Virus genome (UHGV): UHGV-0019118
Origin: a virus
Length of the DNA: 31,495 nt
Reading direction: 5' to 3' (one strand)
The first letter of the stretch is position 1. Every line of letters starts with the position of its first letter. Positions 24,786 through 31,495 of the stretch are shown here, one piece after another. The notes beneath the pieces were generated by a model. That model did no database searches and was not told where the DNA came from. It was given only the letters and a program-made list of their open reading frames with translations. The translations under genes and the position numbers were made by a program.

Positions 24786-27008
24786 TTACTCATGTATTGG
24801 TTTTGATGCTTCAGCCATCGCCGCAACACGATTAAGGATTTTCCGAGCTTTAGCCTCATGCGATGGTGCTGCGGAAAATATTTCTCCTTTGGCCGTTCCG
24901 CCTAGCCATTTACCATCAAAACAACTTTTACCACCGGCCATCAGGTGCAGGGCTTCGCCCCGGCTGATATTAATGCCGGTTGTCAGATGTATCTCGTCGA
25001 TAGTTTTAGCTATAGCTGCGTTTTGCTCATCCGTTCCGTGGATGAATTTTCGCCGTGCTGCTGGCTTTTGCTTCCTGAGTCGGTTGGTCAATTCTCGTCT
25101 TTCATGCCGACTCAGTGGTTTTGTTAAATCCAGTATCGGTGGATCGCTTTCGCTTCCCGTACAGTTATTGACAGAACTCCGAGGGACGGCTTTGCCGTCC
25201 TGAAGGTCAACGGCCAAATCAACAGCACGCTTCGGAACAATCTTCCACTGAGTGAGCCGGGTTAAAATCGGGCTTCCTGCACCTATGGAGGAATCGTAGA
25301 CCCCCTTAATACATACCGTTTCCTCACCGTACTGATTAAGCTCGGTACGCGGTTCATACAGTGTGCGCACCTGTAAATCATCGCGACGGACAAACGGCCC
25401 ACCCTGAGCATTAACATAACCAGCCCAGTCACCAGCGTCGGCGGCATCATGGACGGCGGCAAACTCAACGCTCAGACCGTGCGCGGTTTCGGTATCAGCG
25501 AGGCGACGCAACTCACGGTAAACCGTCACCGGCGCACCACCAATAAACTGAAACTGACGGATGTGCCAGCGCGCAGCCCATGCTGAAACGGCGGGGGCTG
25601 TCTCTTTCAGCAGCTCACCGCTTTCATCATCGGTTTCACCATCGAGAGCATAACCGTCGATATTTTTTGAAATGTATTTAGCAACATAGCCGGTTGCGCT
25701 GCCTTTCTCCGGGTCAATGGACTCGGCGTGGAAACGTGCTTTTTTGGATTTATCGCTTTTCAGTTCGTGGCGGTCTTCTTTCCATGCGTATTTACGGACG
25801 ATGGAGCGAACATATTCAACATCTTCCGGCAGCATGAACATCAGCATGTGCCAGTGTGGAGTGCCGTCGTGATGGGGCTCGGCGACACGAATACCGAAAA
25901 TACGGACATCTTCCCGATGTAGTTTGGCACGGATACGCGCCCAGATACCGGTTAGATAGTTTTGCGTGTCAGCCGGGCTGGCACCGCTCCATTTGCTGTT
26001 ACGGTAACCGGCTTTAGTCGTGGCGTGATATTTTGACGGCGCGGTTAGAGTGTAAAACTCACCGACATAACCGAGCTCATTACAGATGTTTTCAAACCCA
26101 CGAATGCGGGTCATGAGCTCACAGCGGCGAATCGCAGGGTTAGCAACTGAGCCATCATATTTTTCAATTAGGCTGATACGGTTGCCGTCTTCGTCTTCGA
26201 GATCCAGACCTTTGAGAAATTCACGAGTGCGGCGCTTTTGTTCACGCCAGTCAGTCACGCAGTTTTTACTCGCGTAAGTGTTTTTTTTCTTACTGACGTT
26301 GCCGACTGCAATTTGCAGGTGTTCGCGCCACGTAGCTGCAACACGGCGCAAACGACCGCGCCACCACCCATCGTTAAACATTTTGGCGATAGCCGGTGCG
26401 ATTTCATCCGCACCGACATATTTTTTTTCAACCCGCTCCCAATGTGGTGGGATAACGTTGAATTGGAGGGAAATAAAGCCAGCACGAATATACCAGGTGT
26501 ACAGCGTTTTAAGCTCGCCGAATCCGTGGTCATTAATGTTGGCAAGTTCACCACGAATGAAATTAGCAATATCAGCGGCCAACAGGTCAACATCAGCGCG
26601 CGACATGTCCGGGAGACGGTTATATCGGGCGACCATATTAACCATGCGTGACGACAGATATTGCATTTGCTGAGTATCAAAATGACTTCCAAAAACAGCG
26701 GTTGATACCTTGCTGTTGATACCAGCGCATTCGTATTTTTTTGCGACCAGTTCAAGACGCGGCAATGCCTTTTTGCAGAAGCTGATTAAAAATGCATTGG
26801 CTCGTTGACTACCCTGATTTTGCTCCAGCACCGCAGCAGTGCGATAAACATCTAACCGCACGCAGTCGGGCTGGAGAGAAAGCACCTTTTTTGCATGCAG
26901 CAAAGCCGCGAACATACGGTCGCGGCGATGCTGTTGCTCATAAGTAAGGTATGGGCTGGAGATTGCCGACCGTGGGATGTTCCACGGATAAGCGAATTGA
27001 ACAGCCAA
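24786..27008 (-). CDS. A: Rolling-circle replication initiator A
   Basis: 740 aa; HUH-type motif HDGTPHWHM and tyrosine motif YVAKYISKNIDGYALD; track start is a TTG, so the true start is uncertain. Confidence 0.85.
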   Translation of the reverse strand: MAVQFAYPWNIPRSAISSPYLTYEQQHRRDRMFAALLHAKKVLSLQPDCVRLDVYRTAAVLEQNQGSQRANAFLISFCKKALPRLELVAKKYECAGINSKVSTAVFGSHFDTQQMQYLSSRMVNMVARYNRLPDMSRADVDLLAADIANFIRGELANINDHGFGELKTLYTWYIRAGFISLQFNVIPPHWERVEKKYVGADEIAPAIAKMFNDGWWRGRLRRVAATWREHLQIAVGNVSKKKNTYASKNCVTDWREQKRRTREFLKGLDLEDEDGNRISLIEKYDGSVANPAIRRCELMTRIRGFENICNELGYVGEFYTLTAPSKYHATTKAGYRNSKWSGASPADTQNYLTGIWARIRAKLHREDVRIFGIRVAEPHHDGTPHWHMLMFMLPEDVEYVRSIVRKYAWKEDRHELKSDKSKKARFHAESIDPEKGSATGYVAKYISKNIDGYALDGETDDESGELLKETAPAVSAWAARWHIRQFQFIGGAPVTVYRELRRLADTETAHGLSVEFAAVHDAADAGDWAGYVNAQGGPFVRRDDLQVRTLYEPRTELNQYGEETVCIKGVYDSSIGAGSPILTRLTQWKIVPKRAVDLAVDLQDGKAVPRSSVNNCTGSESDPPILDLTKPLSRHERRELTNRLRKQKPAARRKFIHGTDEQNAAIAKTIDEIHLTTGINISRGEALHLMAGGKSCFDGKWLGGTAKGEIFSAAPSHEAKARKILNRVAAMAEASKPIHE

Positions 27009-27009
27009 T

Positions 27010-27231
27010 TTATACCCCCCGATAGTGTTTGTTTTTTAGCTCTGCGATTTGCTGGCAGGTTACGCAAAAAGCCACGCCCGGAATCGCAATGCGGCGAGCT
27101 TCCGGGATTGGTGCGTCACATTCCTCGCAAAGAAAACGGGAAGGTGCAGCGATACGGGTGCGTGCGTTGCTGATGTGGCGTTCGCGGTCTTCTTGCTCGC
27201 GCAGTTGTGCTAAATCCATTGCGTCGGCCAT
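27010..27231 (-). CDS. TraR/DksA-family C4 zinc-finger protein
   Basis: 73 aa with CEEC...-N17-...CVTC. Confidence 0.6.
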   Translation of the reverse strand: MADAMDLAQLREQEDRERHISNARTRIAAPSRFLCEECDAPIPEARRIAIPGVAFCVTCQQIAELKNKHYRGV

Positions 27232-27458
27232 TAGTGCAGCTCCTGTGATTCATTCTCAAAGCGGGTTGCTTCACGGCGCAGCAGTTCGGCAGCTTCGGTG
27301 CCGCTCATTCCCTCTCTGGTAATATGGATAGCCAGCGCCTCAAGGCGGATGGAAACAGCGAGCGCGCGGTCTTTACGCTCTTCTTTTTTTGCATCGGTCA
27401 GCAATACGGCCAGCGCATCGCTATCAGTGTTAAAACTACGGATTTCGGTATTACGCAT
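27231..27458 (-). CDS. Hypothetical early protein
   Basis: 75 aa; AGGAG 9 nt upstream of the ATG; 1-nt overlap with the next gene. Confidence 0.4.
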   Translation of the reverse strand: MRNTEIRSFNTDSDALAVLLTDAKKEERKDRALAVSIRLEALAIHITREGMSGTEAAELLRREATRFENESQELH

Positions 27459-27527
27459 AATTAACTCTCCTGATTTCGGGCAATAAGAAGCCCGGCGGGT
27501 TTACGCCAGATAATTAATTGTGATTAA

Positions 27528-27728
27528 TTAGCTATAGCCAAATACAATGGCAGGTTTACTTTTTAATTGGCTGATAATTTCAGCTTTCAGGCCATCCTTA
27601 AACTCTTTGCAGCACTCCCACTCAGGGTCAACGCGAAGTATTGCGCCGTCGCGGGTTTTAATTTCAAAACCGTCTTCCATATTCGGAATCATGGCTCCTA
27701 AAACAATTCTTAATTCATCGCGTGACAT
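27528..27728 (-). CDS. Hypothetical early protein
   Basis: Track ORF starts at a TTG at 27758; likely ATG at 27726-27728 (MSRDELRIVLGAMIPNMEDGFEIK...) with AAGGGA upstream. Confidence 0.35.
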   Translation of the reverse strand: MSRDELRIVLGAMIPNMEDGFEIKTRDGAILRVDPEWECCKEFKDGLKAEIISQLKSKPAIVFGYS

Positions 27729-27942
27729 GCTTAATCCCTTTAATAATAAAGTGGACAATACGAATAATTAAAAAGTCTGACGGCTTCGACTGCTTGGATT
27801 TCAGCCCTTTTAATAATTCGGACTGAGAGCGGCACGGGTGCCAGCGCTTACCATCTTTACCCGCGATCCAGCCGTGACCGTAATGAATACCTGGGCTTTG
27901 CTTAACGAGCAGAGATGCGAGTGAGGGTTCATTTTTCAGCAT
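27715..27942 (-). CDS. Hypothetical early protein
   Basis: Likely ATG at 27940-27942 (MLKNEPSLASLL...) with GAGG upstream; the track start at 27963 is a TTG. Confidence 0.35.
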   Translation of the reverse strand: MLKNEPSLASLLVKQSPGIHYGHGWIAGKDGKRWHPCRSQSELLKGLKSKQSKPSDFLIIRIVHFIIKGIKHVTR

Positions 27943-27949
27943 AAACACC

Positions 27950-28459
27950 TCATACCAAACCAAATGTTGCGCCGATGCCCGTCATGGTATCAACCACGCT
28001 CGACATTGCCGGGTTAGCCTGTAGACGCGCCTGTAACGCCAGCGCCGACAGGGACAACATGCGGATGCCTGCATTAACACTCTCAACCATGCTGTGTTTG
28101 CGGTCAGAGGTCATACGTTCATTTGATACCGCACCGCTCGCCAGTTCGCCGAGTTCACTCATTGCGCGCATCACATAGGACTGCAATTTCTCTTTAGCCA
28201 GCTCATTAACCGGCACGCATGGCAGACAATGTATCTGCGCCAGAAAGCCATCAACGAGGGTTGAGTCTTCGGTCAGGTCAGTCAGCAGCCACAATTCAGG
28301 CGGCGTGAACTGGTGAGGCTGTTCCGGGTTGAGCTTGTTACGTAACGTTTGAACGTTCATACCCGCACGCTCTGCCAGCTTCGCCATGTTGTGACGCTGC
28401 GCAAAAGCCCGGCACGCTTCGTCATAGTGAGGATGTTTGGAAATCTGAAAATCAAACAT
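27950..28459 (-). CDS. cII: 186 CII-like transcriptional regulator
   Basis: 169 aa from the ATG at 28457-28459 (MFDFQISKHPHYDEACRAFAQRHNMAKLAERAGMNVQTLRNKLNPEQ..., helix-turn-helix-like); second gene of the rightward early operon as in 186. Confidence 0.55.
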   Translation of the reverse strand: MFDFQISKHPHYDEACRAFAQRHNMAKLAERAGMNVQTLRNKLNPEQPHQFTPPELWLLTDLTEDSTLVDGFLAQIHCLPCVPVNELAKEKLQSYVMRAMSELGELASGAVSNERMTSDRKHSMVESVNAGIRMLSLSALALQARLQANPAMSSVVDTMTGIGATFGLV

Positions 28460-28491
28460 GGTTAAATTCCCTCTAACTTGCATAATCAAAT

Positions 28492-28863
28492 TCAGTTAAG
28501 AGCGGTGCGCTGGTCAATGTAGCGGCAATCAATCGCTTGCTGGGTTAGTTTGTCGCGCCATGCTTTCACGTTTACGAGGGTGCGGCTTCGTTTACCGACG
28601 TCTTCTTTGTTGGAAAAATCTTTGGTCGGAGCTTTGAGAAGAATGCCGTCATCGAGCCATTGCCAGACTAGACGCTCGCTTACACCTCGAGTGGCGGCGA
28701 AGTCTTTCACAGTCATCGTGTCTGACATAGCGGAGCGAATCATTGTCTGGAGAGCTGGCAGCATGGCGGTAACGATGGCATCAAACTGTGTTGGATCTAA
28801 CAGCACAGTTTGATTTTGTGAGTTTTGCGAGTCGTGCGTCGAGATTGATTTTGCATCTGACAT
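28492..28863 (-). CDS. apl: Apl/Cox-like excisionase and transcriptional regulator
   Basis: First gene divergent from cI; HTH-like segment TMTVKDFAATRGVSERLVWQWLDDGIL; the start may be one of several internal ATGs. Confidence 0.55.
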   Translation of the reverse strand: MSDAKSISTHDSQNSQNQTVLLDPTQFDAIVTAMLPALQTMIRSAMSDTMTVKDFAATRGVSERLVWQWLDDGILLKAPTKDFSNKEDVGKRSRTLVNVKAWRDKLTQQAIDCRYIDQRTALN

Positions 28864-28976
28864 ATCGCATTATCTCCTATTGTTTGAAATGTAGTGCAGT
28901 GGTGTGCATCTTGGTCGATGAATGCCACTTTAAATCGAAAATGAGTTTATGTAAATCGATTTTGAGTGATTGATAA
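28864..28976. promoter_or_regulatory. Lysis/lysogeny switch region (divergent promoters and operators)
   Basis: 113-bp AT-rich spacer between divergent apl and cI with repeated motifs taaatcgaaaatgag / taaatcgattttgag and tgcagtggtgtgca. Confidence 0.5.
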
Positions 28977-29816
28977 ATGAATGATGAAGATTTGAATACG
29001 CAAGATGTGATTGAGCGGATTAGTTCGGCGTATGGTGTCAGCACGCAAAAGGCTTTGGCGGAAGTGCTTGGCGTCCCGTCAAACAGCGTCAGCACTTGGG
29101 TTCAGCGAAACAGTTTTCCAGGCAAAGCCATCATTCAGTGCTCATTAGATACTGGCGCCGATTTAAACTGGCTGCTGACTGGTCAAATTTCAAATTTGAA
29201 TTTGCAAGATTCATCGCCATTGAAAGGAAAGTCACTTTATGACGAGATTTTGGCGAGTGGTGGTAAACCTGTTTTAAGACGCATCCTTGATGCGTATGGT
29301 TTTACAATGCAAAAGGAGCTTGGAGATTTGTTGGATATCTCCTCAGGCACTATCAGCACTTGGGTAAGACGAGATTTCTTCCCCGGTGATGTAGTAGTTA
29401 CTTGTGCTCTTGATACCGGTGTTTCACTGGAATGGTTAGCAACCGGTAAAGGGCAAATGCGAACAAACAGGGAAGCTGTCACATCAGGTTTTTCAATTAA
29501 AAAATCCCGCCTTGAATCTGGTGAGCTTAAGGATGCTGGCGCATGGCACACAGACCCCTCGATGATACCCTCTGATTCAGATGAATTGATTTTTGTCGAA
29601 GGTGTGGGCTCCTCTTGGCTTGTCGACTGTTCGGCTTCGAACATAAGCAATGGGCGTTGGTTAATTGATATCGACGGCGCTCTTGATGTTTTTGATGTGA
29701 TTCGTCTTCCTGGAGGAAAAGTCAGGTTGTCTAATAAAACTGCTGAGTTTGAATGCAATATTTCAGATATCAAGCCTGTCGGGTCTGTAGTTCTTACATT
29801 GGAAAAACACGTATAA
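28977..29816 (+). CDS. cI: 186 CI-like immunity repressor with a duplicated N-terminal DNA-binding domain
   Basis: 279 aa; residues about 12-70 and 100-160 are clear copies of each other (…AYGVSTQKALAEVLGVPSNSVSTWVQRNSFPGKAIIQCSLDTGADLNWLLTGQ vs …AYGFTMQKELGDLLDISSGTISTWVRRDFFPGDVVVTCALDTGVSLEWLATGKGQ); divergent from apl and upstream of int. Confidence 0.75.
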   Translation: MNDEDLNTQDVIERISSAYGVSTQKALAEVLGVPSNSVSTWVQRNSFPGKAIIQCSLDTGADLNWLLTGQISNLNLQDSSPLKGKSLYDEILASGGKPVLRRILDAYGFTMQKELGDLLDISSGTISTWVRRDFFPGDVVVTCALDTGVSLEWLATGKGQMRTNREAVTSGFSIKKSRLESGELKDAGAWHTDPSMIPSDSDELIFVEGVGSSWLVDCSASNISNGRWLIDIDGALDVFDVIRLPGGKVRLSNKTAEFECNISDIKPVGSVVLTLEKHV

Positions 29817-29825
29817 GGAGCTGTA

Positions 29826-30164
29826 ATGAAAAAGTATTTATTAATGATGGTCTGTTTCGCACTTTCTTCATCAGCCTTAGCCGCAGAGAAGTTTAAAGAG
29901 ATTGATAGTAAATCTTTTGGTGATAAATGGCCGCTGACCTTTGAGCATGCAAAAGTATCCTGTGTAAATAGTCACTACGTTTTTGTTTATGACATTGATA
30001 CGGATGAACGCTATCCCTTAAGCGGCATGGCTAAGAACGCCGTCAAGTCTGGAAAAATGGAAGGGCGAGATTTAAAAGAAGTGCTAAAAAAAGACCCTAA
30101 CGATCCATTAGAACGAGCTGATATTGCTCCTGTTTTCAGTGAAGCCATAGCGCTTTGTGAATAA
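29826..30164 (+). CDS. Small secreted protein (signal peptide), AT-rich cargo gene between cI and int
   Basis: MKKYLLMMVCFALSSSALA-AEKF: signal peptide with an Ala-x-Ala cleavage site; two Cys in the mature part; AAGGAG 6 nt upstream of the ATG. Confidence 0.6.
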   Translation: MKKYLLMMVCFALSSSALAAEKFKEIDSKSFGDKWPLTFEHAKVSCVNSHYVFVYDIDTDERYPLSGMAKNAVKSGKMEGRDLKEVLKKDPNDPLERADIAPVFSEAIALCE

Positions 30165-30187
30165 AAAAATTCGGCCTCGGTGTAGCT

Positions 30188-31237
30188 ATGACAGTTAGTA
30201 AGCAAAAAAATGGCAAATGGTTATGCGAGCTCTATCCAAATGGTCGAGAAGGGCGGCGTATACGTCGGCAATTCAATACCAAAGGTGAGGCCGAGGCATT
30301 TGAAGCATTTACCAAAAGCGAGAGTGAAGATAAGCCGTGGCTCGGCAAGAAAGAAGACCGCCGACGCTTAAGCGAGATTATTCAGCTTTGGCACAATTTG
30401 CACGGTCAAGCGTTAGTCGCCAGTAAGTCGAGGTTTGCAAAGCTTCAAATCGTATGTAATGGACTTGGTGACCCGATTGCATCTCGCCTTACCGCGAAAG
30501 ACTGGGCTCATTATCGTGACCGTCGATTACGTGGTGAAATAGACAACGGTTATCATAAAGACCCCTCGAAATGGATCGCCAAACCTATAACCGTCAATCG
30601 CGAACAGCAATACCTAGAAGCAGTGTTTAATGAGCTCCGCCGGTTAGGGGAGTGGAGCCTACCCAATCCACTTGATGGGATTCGAGTATTCAAAGAAGCT
30701 GAGAAAGAAATGTCCTGGCTAACTTTGTCTCAGCTCCCGGAGCTGTTTCGAGCCTGCGAGCAATACGGCAAAGAAGACCTCACCATGATTGTTAAGGTGT
30801 GCCTTGCAACCGGCGCTCGATGGGGGGAGGCGGAGAGATTGACCCGCCCTCAACTTTCTCCATATAAACTGACGTTCACCAAAACCAAAGGTAAGAAGAA
30901 TCGCACAGTTCCTATTCCTAAATGGCTGTACGACGAGTTGTCCGAACGTCAGGGCAGAATGTTTAAACCCTGCTATCAGGAGTTTAAAAAGATGCTCAAA
31001 CTAACGAATATTGAATTGACGGAAGGGCAGAAGACGCACGTTTTGCGTCATACTTTTGGTGCGCATTTTATGATGAACGGCGGGAATATACTGGTACTGC
31101 AGAAAATTCTCGGGCATGCCAATATTCGAGAAACAATGAAGTATGCACACTTTGCTCCTGACCACCTTGAACAAGCTGTAACCCTCAATCCGTTATCGCT
31201 GTATGTTGGCGACAATGTGGCGGCAGAGGTTGCATAA
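30188..31237 (+). CDS. int: Tyrosine integrase
   Basis: 349 aa; C-terminal catalytic region HVLRHTFGAHFMMNGG...LGHANIRETMKYAHF; adjacent to attR. Confidence 0.9.
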   Translation: MTVSKQKNGKWLCELYPNGREGRRIRRQFNTKGEAEAFEAFTKSESEDKPWLGKKEDRRRLSEIIQLWHNLHGQALVASKSRFAKLQIVCNGLGDPIASRLTAKDWAHYRDRRLRGEIDNGYHKDPSKWIAKPITVNREQQYLEAVFNELRRLGEWSLPNPLDGIRVFKEAEKEMSWLTLSQLPELFRACEQYGKEDLTMIVKVCLATGARWGEAERLTRPQLSPYKLTFTKTKGKKNRTVPIPKWLYDELSERQGRMFKPCYQEFKKMLKLTNIELTEGQKTHVLRHTFGAHFMMNGGNILVLQKILGHANIRETMKYAHFAPDHLEQAVTLNPLSLYVGDNVAAEVA

Positions 31238-31318
31238 CACTGCAATTCACTGCATTAAAAATTACTTTAACTAGTTGTTTTATATGGTAAGTGTTTGTTC
31301 GCTGTGGGGTGTTAATAG

Positions 31319-31331
31319 GAGCGTCTTAACT
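31319..31331. repeat. attR core (direct repeat gagcgtcttaact) with the displaced original rplS tail and TAA stop (31332-31334)
   Basis: Exact copy of 64-76; aag agc gtc tta act-type codons continue in frame to ...ERLN*. Confidence 0.7.
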
Positions 31332-31359
31332 AAGATTTCGCTTAAGCGACATCCTGTTA

Positions 31360-31391
31360 AGAAGGGCTGGCCAATTGGCTGGCCCTTTTTT
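31360..31391. terminator. Native bidirectional terminator between rplS and the convergent downstream gene
   Basis: Hairpin around the ggccaattggc palindrome followed by a TTTTTT run. Confidence 0.5.
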
Positions 31392-31408
31392 ATCTGTTTG
31401 CTGGTGTT

Positions 31409-31495
31409 TTAAGGGGTAGTAATCACCACTGCGACGCGGCGGTTCTCGGCGCGGCCCTGGGCGGTCTTGTTACTGGCTATGGGATATTTTTTTCC
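31409..31495 (-). CDS. C-terminus of an OmpA-family peptidoglycan-associated protein (partial; possibly yfiB-like)
   Basis: Minus-strand frame reads ...GKKYPIASNKTAQGRAENRRVAVVITTP* with stop at 31409-31411; NRRV near the C-terminus is typical of OmpA-like domains. Confidence 0.45.
   Translation of the reverse strand, partial: GKKYPIASNKTAQGRAENRRVAVVITTP

Larger units (their letters stand above)
64..31331. mobile_element. P2/186-family prophage, apparently complete (att to att)
   Basis: Bounded by 13-bp direct repeats; contains an integrase next to attR, ogr next to attL, a full P2-order structural gene set, a cos-like 19-mer and replication gene A. Confidence 0.85.

Noticed and set aside
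1-31495. Search for CRISPR arrays, tRNA genes or IS elements
   Set aside because: No regularly spaced short direct repeats, no cloverleaf-like tRNA segment at either att site (the target is rplS, not a tRNA), and no terminal inverted repeats flanking a transposase-like ORF were seen.

Overview
The window is an enterobacterial chromosomal segment almost entirely occupied by one apparently intact P2/186-family (Peduovirus-like) myovirus prophage of about 31.3 kb (64-31331). It is inserted into the 3' end of rplS (ribosomal protein L19; window starts with its last 25 codons) and is bounded by a 13-bp direct repeat, gagcgtcttaact, at 64-76 and 31319-31331. The displaced original rplS tail, stop and terminator sit at attR, followed by the C-terminus of a convergent OmpA-family gene at the right edge. 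Gene order is the canonical P2 map in prophage orientation: ogr, tail genes D-U-T-E/E'-FII-FI, G-H-I-J-W-V, S-R, lysis cassette (lysC/lysB/K/Y), X, L-M-N-O, then divergent P and Q, cos, an SOS-controlled small-gene operon, replication gene A, 186-type early genes (TraR-like, cII, apl), the cI/apl switch, cI, int. Against this backbone four things stand out as non-canonical: (1) a translationally coupled paralogue of the terminase ATPase domain between P and Q; (2) an AT-rich P-loop ATPase gene inserted between the portal gene and cos; (3) an AT-rich 287-aa gene on the opposite strand between V and S; (4) a secreted-protein gene between cI and int. The cI repressor also carries a tandem duplication of its DNA-binding domain. 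All homology statements are from reading the translations against remembered P2/186 proteins; no database search was run, and hand-derived coordinates for sites not on the ORF track may be off by a base or two.
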